DNA of 64,000 nucleotides from a virus (Duplodnaviria > Caudoviricetes). The position numbers were made by a program, and so were the translations under genes. Below are positions 35,958 through 47,222 of this stretch, piece by piece. The notes beneath the pieces are model-generated. The model was not told where the DNA came from. It did no database searches and saw only the letters and a list, made by a program, of their open reading frames with translations. The DNA lies in IMG/VR virus record IMGVR_UViG_3300027851_000024, positions 1,035-65,034 of that record. One strand, 5' to 3'. Positions within the stretch are counted from its first letter, which is position 1. Each line of letters begins with the position of its first letter.

Positions 35958-36896
35958 ATGGGCGTAACGAACTTTCCGAATGGTCTTACTTTTGATACTA
36001 CCAAATATGTATCAATGACTTCAGGATCTACGGTGCCAACAACTGGTGCTGCTGGATATAATATTGGATGTGTTTTCATTAAGACTGATGTTGCTCGTGG
36101 ACAGGCTAGTCAATGGGTAAATATCAACACAGCTACATCGTGTTTATTTGTTCCGACTGGACCTGTTTTTGGGTATGGTATTAAAGTTGCTGGTGGTCCA
36201 CTTACTTCGACGACTGGAAGTGCAAGTCAGAGTGTTTCTTTGGAAGGCTTAATCATGGATAGTGATCTAGCCTTTGCGGGGCATGAAGTATCTGATGATG
36301 CTGATCAGATTATAGCAGCCATTTCTAATGAGGGGTCAATTGCTATTACTGGATCTGCAGATCCTCTTGCTGCTCATGGATATGCTTATGCTGCATTGAG
36401 ACATAAGTGTGTTCCTGAATGGGATATTTTTACTGCAGGTACACACGTAACTACTGGTGGATCTCCTTCAGAAGGCTTTACAGTAGCTGGTGTTCTGGCA
36501 ACTGATCTTGTTTTCGTTAATTATGGGGCTACTAACGATACAGATACTATTCTTGAGGCTATTTGTGCTGCTAATACTATTACTGTAAGATGTTCTGCAG
36601 ATCCTGGCACTGCACATAGTTTCCATTATGTTGTTATTCGTCCCAGGGGAACGTTCAAACCAAGTCATTATATTGTTTATGCTGGAACGCACACAACTGT
36701 TGGTGGTGCAGCAGCTGAACCTGTCACAATAACTGGAGCACTTTCTACTGATATACCTATCGTAATCTATAACACGACTGACGATAGTGATACTATTTTG
36801 AAAGTTGTTATGACCACAAATACTATGACAGTAACTTGTTCTGCGGATCCTGGGGCGGCACATGCCTTCACTTACATGCTTCTTCGGGCATATTAA
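35958..36896 (+). CDS. Virion structural protein with three internal repeats (head fibre/decoration)
   Basis: Three ~80-aa repeats AG..T..G...G....D...D.I......SADP..AH...Y..LR. Confidence 0.65.
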   Translation: MGVTNFPNGLTFDTTKYVSMTSGSTVPTTGAAGYNIGCVFIKTDVARGQASQWVNINTATSCLFVPTGPVFGYGIKVAGGPLTSTTGSASQSVSLEGLIMDSDLAFAGHEVSDDADQIIAAISNEGSIAITGSADPLAAHGYAYAALRHKCVPEWDIFTAGTHVTTGGSPSEGFTVAGVLATDLVFVNYGATNDTDTILEAICAANTITVRCSADPGTAHSFHYVVIRPRGTFKPSHYIVYAGTHTTVGGAAAEPVTITGALSTDIPIVIYNTTDDSDTILKVVMTTNTMTVTCSADPGAAHAFTYMLLRAY

Positions 36897-36901
36897 AAAA
36901 G

Positions 36902-36946
36902 AACTTGTAATAATAAGGGAAACTTTATTATTACAGGTTTTAGTTT
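36902..36946 (+). terminator. Intrinsic terminator
   Basis: AACTTGTAATAATAAGG-gaaa-CTTTATTATTACAGGTT followed by a T-rich tract. Confidence 0.75.
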
Positions 36947-36991
36947 AATGTGATCATCTAGCTAACAATAATTCTTATATCGGAGAATATT

Positions 36992-37890
36992 ATGAGTATG
37001 ATTATTCCTAAGCAAACTGCGGCTATGACTGCCAGGCATTATTTTCCTGCACATTCGCTGCCGAAAACTGTTGCGGTTGCTGGTATTCTTGTAGCAGAGA
37101 CTATTGCAGTGAACATACTTGATGAGGCTGGTGTAGCTTTGGCTCTTTATGACGAGTTTGGCGCAGCCGTAGTTATGACCGCAACGTCTCCTCCGTTGAA
37201 GATTGACAGCCCGATTACATTGCAATTTGTAAAGGGCGTAACCGCTAATGCAGTCGGTGTGCAACTGGTGGATTGATGACTGTCACAAAGAGCATATTCA
37301 AGAGCATCTTCAAGAGATATTCTCATGGGTTTGCTGGAGGTGAAGGGAATTACCCAGATCCGACTAACTTGCTCGCCTGGTATCGCACAGATATCATTGA
37401 CAGCAAGCTCAGAGCGTATCTCCCAACTGCCAACCACACCACCCAGCAGGTCAAGGCCAGCGGCTTTGCCGGTGCTGGCAGTGCATCCTGTACTGGCCTC
37501 CTGACCACAGACACCATCACCGCCAGTGGCCCGAGCGATCCGGTATGCACCGTTAATGGCACTCTGACATTTCCCGCAGGAAGTGATTGCTGGGATATCT
37601 ACGTGCATCGGGATGGTGTGTTGTGGGCGTACTGGCCGGGGATCAATGTGGGGGCTACGTTTGAGCTGGATGCGAGTGGGAACGGCCATCACCTGTACCT
37701 CACTACAACGACGATTGCCGAGGTGCTGGATGGCACCGGGACGAACTGGTGTAATGAGATGGGGTTCACGGTGGCCGATGGATCGCAATATATATCTGCA
37801 ATTACATTTGGGAAAATAGCAATTGGATCGAGGATTCCAGTAACTACATCTGGAGTTGGATGTGCGGCTTACTCAGCGGTAGGAGCGTAG
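36992..37890 (+). CDS. Two virion proteins (36992-37276 and 37273-37890)
   Basis: Overlapping ORFs, Thr/Gly-rich, upstream of the tailspike-like gene. Confidence 0.55.
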
Positions 37891-37891
37891 G

Positions 37892-40426
37892 ATGGCGACA
37901 CTATATGTAAATAATACAGGTCAAACTTACACAGATCCAGATGGTAATATCTGGGGTGTTGGAAATGATACAACCGGGAACGGATCTTTCACTGCACCCT
38001 ATGCAACAATTACAAAGGCTCTAACAATTGTTGTTACAAACGACACATTGATACTGTCTCCATCAACATTTGTTTCTGGGGTAGACTTTGCGGTTACTGG
38101 ATTTTCTTTTCATAATAAGGACAATGTCACTTTCCGTGGAGCAGACCCAGCGAATAAATCTGTTTTAAATGGATCTGGGATGGGGGCCTCAGCAGGCGGG
38201 ACCGCTGGAACCTCAATGATCTACTTATCCAGCGGAATGAATTGCAAGTATATCGAATTTAATGAGGTAGCAGCAGGGGCAGCTAAGGAATACAGTACAT
38301 CTTATTGGCACTATGCTGTTGGGGCAGTAGGGACAATTACCAGCCCAATAAATATTAGTTATTGTAGTTTTACAAAAAACTACAGGGCAATCAACCTAAA
38401 TGGCGCTGAAGCTACAGACTGGGTAATAGATAGATGCTTGTTCGATGAAAATCTTGATAAGGTTATTCATGCTGGGTCTGTAGTATCTGGTTCTGTCATA
38501 GTCGCGCTTATAACTAGATGTGTTTTTTCTGGTTTATTGATTCCAGGGGTCAGGACTGTCTGCAATATACAAGGCGTGTATGCTGAAAATATAAACGCAG
38601 GAAACTCCTTAACCTTGTATAACAATACATTCGCTGGGATATCTTTTCCTATAATCTCCACTAATGGATATACCGGAGTTCTGATAATCAAGAACAACGT
38701 ATTTTATGGAACCTCATTAGGGTATAGTATATCGAAAGGGACGGCAACCACTCTGACTGAAGGGAATAATGCGTGGTGCGGGAGCAAGCCGTCTACACAT
38801 TTCGCATCTATCGCTCAAAACTTTACCCCAGATACAAGTGATTTATCTGACTATGCTCATGCTAAAACGGCAAGATACAAAGGATGGTACGTATTAAGAT
38901 TTGACGACCGACCTTCAACCTCTACTCCCGCAAAGGATTCATATTATACAGATGCAGGAACGGTGCTATATAATCACGGGTTAAAAGGATCTTATGCCTT
39001 TGATGTTGCCGGACTGACAGCGCAGGATATCACTACAGCACTAGCACTTATTGCTCAAGGACATGAAATATCATGTCACTCGTATTCCCACATGAGTATG
39101 AATAATGCGTCTGGTTCAGCAAACAATATTCCATTTTCTGTGACCGGTCCAGTAGGGAGCAATATTACCATTACCCGATCTGGCACTGCTCCACTTGACA
39201 TTACCACTATAACTCTTACCGAGGGTGTAACATCAACACAGATAACATATCCAGCAGTGTCAGAGTTATTGTACAATATGACTGATGACCCTACTGTGTA
39301 CTCTGTTGTTGAGACAGGAACAGTCCAAGGTAGTGTTGTTGCAAATTTTGATCTTGGGTCTCTGAAGGGTTTAAGGGATTACATAGACAGTTTAACTAAC
39401 TGGTCGGCAACTGCGTATAATGCGGGGGAGTATGATCACGCTGAACTGACACTGGCAAGGAATATAGCAGCGATTAATCAGGACAACCCGTCATCTACAG
39501 CACTTCCATGGGATACTGTACCACTGCACTGGTGGGAAATGAGATACCCAAAGCTTGTTCTTGAAAACCTTCTCAGTGTTACGGTTAATACATTTACATA
39601 CCCAAACTATAAATATGATTCTCTAGCAAAAACCGACCTGCTTCTGCATGGGTATTCAGTTGGCTTGGGAGAGATGATAGTTTCAGACGCAGATGCGTAT
39701 GATGCTGGTTATGCTGTAATGTTCAATATAATAACAACTTTACTATATTACTATAGGCTTTTGTCTAACGATGTTTTGCAAGATCGCTTTGAGTCAGTGG
39801 CCGAAATTATTGGTAATGGGCATAAGATTTTCAGCCTTATGGCACATGTTGCTGCTGATTTCTCCGTTGCACAGTGGGAGGTCTTGGCATCTACCTTAGC
39901 TGGATATTCAGACAGAGCAGTGTGTGTAACTGGTAACGAACTTGGAGAATTGATATCATCATCTCCGCTATGGTCAACAGCAGATGGGGGGTTGACATAT
40001 AGACGTACTGATTGGACAGAGTTTTCAGGAAACTACCACTTGCCTGTCACTTCTCCGTGCGTAGGTAGTGGAGCAGATGTTGGTATCACGACTGATATAG
40101 ACGGCAACCAGTTATATTCACCGTATAATATCGGATCATACAGTGGAGACGGTAGTGATATGCAAATGGCTAGTATTGCTTATCCAGGCCCCCTCGGACT
40201 CGACGCACCAGTAACCGTAGGCACAGTCTACCCGGATATCACCATCACCGCACCTCTTGGGGCTGAGATGCAGGCTGTAACCCCGTTTACCGCTGGTGCT
40301 GCTGTAAATCTGGCAACGCTCGTGCCATCGGCAAAGGTGCGGATCGGGACAAAGGGGATGTTGGTTTACGATACCGATCTGACGGCGGCTGAGATTGTCA
40401 GAGCCGATAAGATTGTTGGGGCATAA
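37892..40426 (+). CDS. Tailspike-like protein: parallel beta-helix plus NodB polysaccharide deacetylase domain
   Basis: GND.TG.GS..APYATI..A, NNTF/KNNVF beta-helix repeats; RFDD, HSYSH, TYPNY, LMAH deacetylase motifs; YHL...SP...G...DIDG...IG.Y closing motif. Confidence 0.75.
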   Translation: MATLYVNNTGQTYTDPDGNIWGVGNDTTGNGSFTAPYATITKALTIVVTNDTLILSPSTFVSGVDFAVTGFSFHNKDNVTFRGADPANKSVLNGSGMGASAGGTAGTSMIYLSSGMNCKYIEFNEVAAGAAKEYSTSYWHYAVGAVGTITSPINISYCSFTKNYRAINLNGAEATDWVIDRCLFDENLDKVIHAGSVVSGSVIVALITRCVFSGLLIPGVRTVCNIQGVYAENINAGNSLTLYNNTFAGISFPIISTNGYTGVLIIKNNVFYGTSLGYSISKGTATTLTEGNNAWCGSKPSTHFASIAQNFTPDTSDLSDYAHAKTARYKGWYVLRFDDRPSTSTPAKDSYYTDAGTVLYNHGLKGSYAFDVAGLTAQDITTALALIAQGHEISCHSYSHMSMNNASGSANNIPFSVTGPVGSNITITRSGTAPLDITTITLTEGVTSTQITYPAVSELLYNMTDDPTVYSVVETGTVQGSVVANFDLGSLKGLRDYIDSLTNWSATAYNAGEYDHAELTLARNIAAINQDNPSSTALPWDTVPLHWWEMRYPKLVLENLLSVTVNTFTYPNYKYDSLAKTDLLLHGYSVGLGEMIVSDADAYDAGYAVMFNIITTLLYYYRLLSNDVLQDRFESVAEIIGNGHKIFSLMAHVAADFSVAQWEVLASTLAGYSDRAVCVTGNELGELISSSPLWSTADGGLTYRRTDWTEFSGNYHLPVTSPCVGSGADVGITTDIDGNQLYSPYNIGSYSGDGSDMQMASIAYPGPLGLDAPVTVGTVYPDITITAPLGAEMQAVTPFTAGAAVNLATLVPSAKVRIGTKGMLVYDTDLTAAEIVRADKIVGA

Positions 40427-40442
40427 ACATGGAGGGCACGGA

Positions 40443-41094
40443 ATGAAAAAATGGATGCTGTTGTTACTGTTGCTGCTGGCGATTCCTGCTATGGTGAGTG
40501 CAGGCATGATTACAAAGAGTGAGACGTTTTCGTGGAGCTACACCGCCGAAGCAGAGGCAGAGATAACCGGATTTGAGATTTACCAACTCGTCGGGACGTT
40601 GCCTGAGAAGGCGGTGATCAGCAAGATTCCGAAGACGGCAAGGATCGCGACTGGAACAATCACGTATGACACCGGAACGGTTACTCGGTTTTATATTAAA
40701 GCGTACAATGATGCCAACCCTGATGCGATAGAGTTCTCTGGGCCAAGTAACACAGTGCGGATACATGCGACTCCTGGCAATTTTAAGCGCAATTAGCATC
40801 CTGCTATGGGCATCGGAGGCAATGGCAACAAGCATCCATGTCACATGGGGCTACACTCCACCGATGGATCCAGCAGTAACTGGCTATCGGCTGTATCAAG
40901 AAGGTGTACCAGTATGCTACGGATCAGGCCCGACATTACAGGAGATGGACTGCAAGGTTACGCTGGTGAAGAAGGTAACAACCTACACGCTGACCGCAAT
41001 GTTCGTAGATGGAACGGAATCACCCCACTCTGCCCCCTATGCTTTTGATATGGACGGCAGACTTCTGGCCCCGTGGACCTTCAACAAAAACTGA
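40443..41094 (+). CDS. Two signal-peptide proteins with FN3-like folds (40443-40796 and 40765-41094)
   Basis: Hydrophobic signal peptides; SW...GF.IY...Y.KAY..S..SN and TW....VTGY.LY...LTA...GTES..S patterns. Confidence 0.6.
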
Positions 41095-41102
41095 GGACAA
41101 TT

Positions 41103-41408
41103 ATGAAAAAAATTCTAGTAGCGCTATCTGTATTATTGCTTAGTAGTTGTGCTTACAATAACAGGGAGACAGTAATAACTATCTACAGTGGCTCTGATAC
41201 TACTATAGATGCATCAGGTGCTAGTAATACTACCGATACTGGCCAGATGCCAACTGCAGATTTAACCCCACTTGTTGAAGCTGCTCAGGCTGCTATTGGT
41301 GGTAAGGCTAGTAGCTTTATAGATAAGATCACTGATGTGATTGGTGGAGATAGTAAGGAAGAAGAGGTAGTCGTTCCGTTGACTGGAGACATTGAAGAGG
41401 TAGATTAA
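41103..41408 (+). CDS. Lipoprotein
   Basis: MKKILVALSVLLLSSC lipobox. Confidence 0.65.
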   Translation: MKKILVALSVLLLSSCAYNNRETVITIYSGSDTTIDASGASNTTDTGQMPTADLTPLVEAAQAAIGGKASSFIDKITDVIGGDSKEEEVVVPLTGDIEEVD

Positions 41409-42172
41409 TGAACCGATTGATCCCACTTATTATAGCTTTGCTTATGTCTATTCCAATCTATTCTTTGGCAATTACGGATACGGAAATCTGTGTGCAGAAG
41501 TGCCTGGACGGAGGAACAGTAACTCCTCCTACACCAACAGGTGCTACCTTTCCGCACAAGATCACATTCGAGAATAGCGCAGATCAGGCGCAAGGTAACG
41601 CAGCAATATTGTTTAGAACTATCCCTGATGGAACCGTTAAGTCCATATCTGTTAATGGCGAAGTAGCAACTCTTGGTAGGCCTTATAAAGGTGCATCTGT
41701 ATTTCTATTATCAAAACCAGGAGAACAGTATTCCAGGCCTTTAAAGTTTACTATTACCACTAGTGATGGAAAGTTCTGGACTGCCACTAGTGGGGCCACG
41801 GAGAACACAGACACTCCAGTCGCTACAGGGGACTATAAGAACAAAGCAACCTATACATCTTATGGTGTTCGTAATGGTGGAAGGCAGGCATGGAGAATAC
41901 CGAAGAAAGGTCCAGACTTTGGACAGCCTATTAAGTTTGTATTCTCTTCAGGCAAATCTTTTACAGTTAAGAATACCTCAAAGAACTGTAGGGATCAGGA
42001 GTCTTGTAGTAGGAATAGTAGAGCACCTATGTATGGTTTTGTATTCAAACCTGGAATAGGACCTAATGGTGAAGGAGATGACAATACTGGAACTGCTCAT
42101 GGAGGGATTTATTTACATGCTCCGTACGGAGACTCTAGCAAGCAAGTAACTGTCTATTATAATGGGAGATAG
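41408..42172 (+). CDS. Exported protein of unknown function
   Basis: Signal peptide, Pro/Thr linker, two domains. Confidence 0.6.
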   Translation: MNRLIPLIIALLMSIPIYSLAITDTEICVQKCLDGGTVTPPTPTGATFPHKITFENSADQAQGNAAILFRTIPDGTVKSISVNGEVATLGRPYKGASVFLLSKPGEQYSRPLKFTITTSDGKFWTATSGATENTDTPVATGDYKNKATYTSYGVRNGGRQAWRIPKKGPDFGQPIKFVFSSGKSFTVKNTSKNCRDQESCSRNSRAPMYGFVFKPGIGPNGEGDDNTGTAHGGIYLHAPYGDSSKQVTVYYNGR

Positions 42173-42364
42173 TATCTATGCGCGTAATCATTGATTCTAA
42201 TCTGACTGTAATAGAAAAGACAGATGGTATCAATTACGTGCAAGATACAACATGTAAAGACTGGCAATACTGCTTTTCAGTTAAAGATAATAACATGCAA
42301 CGACAGTGCAAGAACTTCAAGAAGCTTTTAACTGGTGTTAAACTCTGTGCTAGAAAATAAAATT

Positions 42365-42835
42365 ATGTTTAAGAATCTGGCAATTTTTATATTACTTATA
42401 CTGTCTGCAACTACAAGTAATGCTACTCCTGCATTGGTAGTTGATGTAGTAGATGGAGATACAATTAAGGTCTTTGCTGCTGACAAATTAACTACAGTTA
42501 GACTATATGGAATTGACTGCCCTGAGAAGAAGCAAGCTCGTGGAATTGAAGCTAAAGCATTTATTGAATCAATGGTTGAAGGTAAGACTGTTGATGTAAA
42601 TTCTATAAACACTGATAGATATGGAAGAACAGTTGCAGTTGTAATGTTTGGAAATCAATGTGTTCAAGAGCAATTGTTAGTTTCTGGCCTGGCTTGGGTT
42701 TATCCTCAGTATTGCAGGAAAGAATTTTGTCCTGCATGGATGGCATTACAGAAAATTGCAAATACGAATAAGTATGGACTGTGGACTGATCCTATGCCAA
42801 TTCAGCCATGGGTTTGGAGGAAGCAGAAACGATGA
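42365..42835 (+). CDS. Thermonuclease (SNase family) with signal peptide
   Basis: VVDGDT, VRLYGIDCPE, DRYGRTVA, GLAW, GLW. Confidence 0.9.
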   Translation: MFKNLAIFILLILSATTSNATPALVVDVVDGDTIKVFAADKLTTVRLYGIDCPEKKQARGIEAKAFIESMVEGKTVDVNSINTDRYGRTVAVVMFGNQCVQEQLLVSGLAWVYPQYCRKEFCPAWMALQKIANTNKYGLWTDPMPIQPWVWRKQKR

Positions 42836-43242
42836 ATGGATGGCTAGAATATCGGGCAGGATTCAAATATCAACTAACTAGCAATTATTCAAAACAGACA
42901 GAGATACTTGGATTTGATATTGACACAGCATACATTAAGTTAGCAAGTGATGGATTGCTTGCGCTCAAATGTGGATATGCTAGTGATGGTCCGAGTGGCC
43001 TAACAATAGATACTAGGAATTCAATTCGAGCAGCATTCGTTCATGATGCACTTTATTATCTGATTAGAAACGGTTATCTTGATCAAGAATGGAAGAAGTA
43101 TGCAGACAAACTATTCTATGAGATATTGCTTGAAGATGGAATGTGGAAACCTCGAGCTTATATCTGGTACTGTGGTGTTAGGTGGAAAGGTGCCGAGTCA
43201 CTGTATCCTTCAAAAGAGAAACCGGTTCTAAGAGCACCGTGA
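42832..43242 (+). CDS. DUF1353 family protein
   Basis: GY.SDGPS...AAFVHDALY...AD..F...L. Confidence 0.75.
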   Translation: MNGWLEYRAGFKYQLTSNYSKQTEILGFDIDTAYIKLASDGLLALKCGYASDGPSGLTIDTRNSIRAAFVHDALYYLIRNGYLDQEWKKYADKLFYEILLEDGMWKPRAYIWYCGVRWKGAESLYPSKEKPVLRAP

Positions 43243-43246
43243 CAAT

Positions 43247-43702
43247 ATGGGATGGAAGGAGTGTGAATTGGAACCAGTGAACTCGAATGATATGGAAGTA
43301 TGGAAATGGCTTCTTACTATCTTTGTAGGTGCTATAAGTGGAATGATTACAGCAGCAGTTACCATAGGCAGTTTGATTTATAAACTTAATACAAATGTTT
43401 CAGATGTTAATAATGTAAAAAAGGTGCTGTTTAAAGATTCTGGTGGACTAAACGTAATGACTGAATCAAGACATACAGAAGTTTGTGCCTTTACTATGAA
43501 GTATTTTGAGCAGGATTTTGATCACATAAAAGAACAGATGGAAAAGTTGGAAGAAAAAATTGACATTGTTTTATCTAGTGCTCATAAAGCAGACGTTATT
43601 AGTACAGAAGATATTAAAGTTCTGCATAACTTAATGTTGGAGATAAATAAAAAGGTAGGGCAGGGCCTACAAAGGGCTAAAGATTCTGAAGGTCATAGTT
43701 GA
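43247..43702 (+). CDS. Membrane protein, possible holin/antiholin
   Basis: One TM helix plus coiled coil, upstream of lysozyme. Confidence 0.45.
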   Translation: MGWKECELEPVNSNDMEVWKWLLTIFVGAISGMITAAVTIGSLIYKLNTNVSDVNNVKKVLFKDSGGLNVMTESRHTEVCAFTMKYFEQDFDHIKEQMEKLEEKIDIVLSSAHKADVISTEDIKVLHNLMLEINKKVGQGLQRAKDSEGHS

Positions 43703-43863
43703 TATGAGTACAGTTACAAGGATTGAAGAACTGCTAAGATGTGCTACTGTAATTCCTGAGAAGGACAAGGCTGGAATTATTACAGCACATGGAGTTGATT
43801 GTACTGTAAGAATAAAGGCATTGAATGATTGTTTGAAAATTGCCAAGGATGAGGAAAGAAAGA

Positions 43864-44262
43864 ATGAGCGTAATTGAAGATCTCAAGAGGCATGAAGGAT
43901 TTAGAGCAAAACCATATCTAGATACTGAAGGACATCTTACGATTGGGTATGGATTAAATCTTGATGCCGGGATTAGTAAAGAAGAAGCTCAAATGATTCT
44001 TGCACATCGGGTGAGGAAAGTGCAGTTTGATCTTATCTCTAGGTTGTCATATTGGAATAGGCTATCTTCGGTTCGGCAGGATGTATTAATCAATATGGCT
44101 TACAATCTAGGAGTTGAAGGCTTGATGAAGTTTAAAGTTACCCTTAGTATGATTGAAGCCGGAAGGTATGAAGAGGCAGCGAGGCAGATGCTCCAAAGTA
44201 AATGGGCTAAACAAGTTGGTAAGCGAGCTATTGACTTATCTAATATGATGCTAGAGGGTTAA
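43864..44262 (+). CDS. Endolysin, phage lysozyme (GH24/T4-like)
   Basis: HEG...KPY.DTEG..TIGYG.NL, NMAYNLG, SKWA.QV..RA. Confidence 0.9.
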   Translation: MSVIEDLKRHEGFRAKPYLDTEGHLTIGYGLNLDAGISKEEAQMILAHRVRKVQFDLISRLSYWNRLSSVRQDVLINMAYNLGVEGLMKFKVTLSMIEAGRYEEAARQMLQSKWAKQVGKRAIDLSNMMLEG

Positions 44263-44382
44263 TATATAAATGATTATTAGTATTAAAAATTTTAACCTAG
44301 CCCAGAACCGCCCTGCCACTGATCGTCCGTGGCGTGACGGGATGTGCGGGCATACTGAGTACATTGTGATGGAGAATAAATA

Positions 44383-45405
44383 ATGGCCCTGTGGACACCG
44401 GCAGAAATAGGGTCAGCCGTGGCTTTGTGGCTGGACGCTAGTGATTCAACAACGATCACTATTGATACCGGGATCGGTGAGTGGCGAGACAAATCCGGCA
44501 ACGGAAGACACCCGGCAAACACTACCGATGCAGCCCAGCCTGGACTCATCAGCGCTGAGCTGAATGGATTGGACATCGCCAGGTTTGATGGATCAAATGA
44601 TTCGTTAATTTTTCCAGGATCTACCGCAACAGATTATCCGTTGAAATTCAGCACTGCCAGTTTTGCCGTGCTGGCAATTATCAAGCCATCGGCGCTCGTT
44701 GCCACGGTTAATATCTTTTTCGGGTCCCGTGCAGCTGCAACTGGCTGGTTTGCCGGGTTTGGGACAAATGATCCATATTTCAGGCTATATGCCGACGCCG
44801 AAAAATGGGAACCAGCTCCGATGACCGCAATAACTGCCACAACGACGTGGCAAAGTTTTGTTGCTACGGCTCCTCGTGGAGCGACCGGGAAATACCGAAA
44901 AAACGGGACAACATTACAATCGACGACCAGCGCGGTTGGAACTCAATCGCTGTCGAACTCGTTACAGGTCAGACTAGGGAGTTACGTTGACGCGAGTAAC
45001 GTTACAACTGGGCAATTTAACGGAGATATTGCTGAATTACTGCTGTATGAAGGGGTCATTACCGATGATTTAATTCAGTTATGGGAAGGGTATGCCCACT
45101 GGAAATGGGGTTTGCAGGATGATCTCGCCGCCGACCACCCATACAAATCCGCCGCGCCGACGCTAAATAAAGTTTCAGGAGTAGTAACTGTAAATGGATC
45201 TCCTGCTGCTAGAACTGTCGCAGTTTTTCTACGATCTGATTTTACATTACTTGGCACTACAACATCAAATGCAACTACTGGGGCCTTTGAGATATTAAAT
45301 GGTTTGATTCCACCAGATGCTAACGCACTATTAGTAACAGCAATTGACTCAACTGGTACCTATAATGCTGTTTCAGTAGATTATATAACTTCGGTTAGCT
45401 CATGA
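44383..45405 (+). CDS. Tail/receptor-binding protein with LamG/ConA-like domain
   Basis: LWLDASD...WRDKSGNG.H...P....NG....FDG..D...GDIAE...EGY..WKWG. Confidence 0.7.
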   Translation: MALWTPAEIGSAVALWLDASDSTTITIDTGIGEWRDKSGNGRHPANTTDAAQPGLISAELNGLDIARFDGSNDSLIFPGSTATDYPLKFSTASFAVLAIIKPSALVATVNIFFGSRAAATGWFAGFGTNDPYFRLYADAEKWEPAPMTAITATTTWQSFVATAPRGATGKYRKNGTTLQSTTSAVGTQSLSNSLQVRLGSYVDASNVTTGQFNGDIAELLLYEGVITDDLIQLWEGYAHWKWGLQDDLAADHPYKSAAPTLNKVSGVVTVNGSPAARTVAVFLRSDFTLLGTTTSNATTGAFEILNGLIPPDANALLVTAIDSTGTYNAVSVDYITSVSS

Positions 45406-47008
45406 GTTATACCCCACCAGCAGGAGATGCAATAGTTCTTAATTTCAGTGGGAGTTATACCCCTCCTACTGGAGATGAGATAGTTCTTGCTTTTGGAGAT
45501 TCTGTTCCGAATGCAAGCACTGAGTTAAGTGCTGTAGCATCGAATACCTCGATTGGACTTAAAGTATATAGTGAAAGTGTTGAAGTATTTGCAATAACAG
45601 ATATTTTAGTTACTGGGATCAAACTGTCAATATCTCTTGCTGATCTGGTGTCCGTTGCAGAGATAAATGCTGTTGGAGAAGTTGGCACATCATCAGCACA
45701 AGGATCAGCAACTCTAGTTGCTATAGGTACGCTTAGCTCAATTGGAGTTAAGGTTGCAGTAAATTCTTGCGAGCTGGTAGTTTATGGAGATTTAGTTGAT
45801 ACTTCAACAAAGATTGGTGCAGGTACAGTTAGCATCTCATCGTTAGTTGAAGCAACTGCTACCTCTATTAAAGTCGGAATAGGAGCTAGTACAATATATG
45901 CTACAGCAACTATTACCGTTGATGGAGAATCAGTTTTTGCACTACCTTATAGAACAGTATATCTAACTGCAATATCTGCTATAGAGGTAACAGGAACAAA
46001 ACTTGCTCGTGGTCCTCCTGAGTTATCATCAATTGCTGAAAGTATATCTTTCGGAATAAAGGTAGCAACTGATGAAGCTGAACTATCAGCAATAGCAGAT
46101 GTAATAACTGATGCACTTACAATTCATGAAGTTGAATTATGGGAAGAAGTCTCAAGAATAACTAGGACGTTCACTGAGCAGTCTGTAATTTCTAGGCAGT
46201 ATTCAGGAACGTCACTGATTGACAGAATACTTACAGAAAATTCAGCATTAACTACAGAGTATTCTGGTAACTCATTGGTAACTAAAGTTTTTAAAGCAAT
46301 ATCACATTTGAGGAATACATAATGGGCGCTTTTGTAGCAGCAGCAAAAAACACGATGCTTGATGCACTCACTGTTGATCGGCTTTCACTGCATTCTGGTG
46401 CACCTGGAGCAGATGGACTGTCAAACGAATTATCTGGTGGAACGCCTGCATATGCACGCAAAGCTTGTGTTTATGCAGCAGCTTCTGGGGGAGAAAGACT
46501 ATTGAACGCTGATGTGACTTTCGATGTTCCAGGATCGACAAGTGTTCAGTATGTTGGGAAATGGAACTATAATGGTGGAACGATGATCTTTCACGGCTCC
46601 GACCAGGTAACGACTGAGTCTTATGGCGCGCAAGGGCAATACATCGTCAAGGCTACTACATCGAAACTTGCACTGACTGATCCGGCATAAGGAGTTATTA
46701 TGACTGCTCCTAGTGGATTTTTCAAAGGGCAAGTTGGGGCTAAGATTATTTTAGAGACTGGTGATAGTGCTGCAATATTGGCTACTGCAACAGTTTTGAG
46801 GATTAACTACTGTTTGCCTTCAGGAAATACTGGATCGTGGACAGCGGCGCTGGAAGGTACATCATTGGCATATACAACTACTGCTATAACAAATCTTTCA
46901 GAATCAGGCTTGTACAAAATACAGGCATATGTCGAAGGGCCTGGATGGAAGATGCCTGGAGAAATTGTCGAGATGTATGTTTCTGCTCCGATTGTAGCTA
47001 TAGCATAA
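45402..47008 (+). CDS. Three tail structural proteins (45402-46322, 46322-46690, 46700-47008)
   Basis: YTPP.GD.IVL repeats; LSLHSG.PG..G.SNE...YAR; BppU-like G.Y..QAYV. Confidence 0.6.
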
Positions 47009-47021
47009 AGGACCCATCTTA

Positions 47022-47222
47022 ATGTATGTACTAACTATTGATCAATCCCGCTGTGCAGACTGTGGGAATTGCGAACGAAGATTGCCTGGGCTGCATTCGA
47101 AAGTAATAGATAATAAGTTGCTTGTGAATGAAGTTAATTCTGATGTAGATTTTGTTGCGATATTTCGTGCGCTTGCTGACTGTCTTACTGAGGCATTAAG
47201 TTTTCGGAGGTTCAATGGCTGA
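47022..47222 (+). CDS. Ferredoxin-like protein
   Basis: IDQSRCADCGNCE...DCLTEAL matches the CxxCxxC...C single-cluster ferredoxin pattern. Confidence 0.65.
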   Translation: MYVLTIDQSRCADCGNCERRLPGLHSKVIDNKLLVNEVNSDVDFVAIFRALADCLTEALSFRRFNG

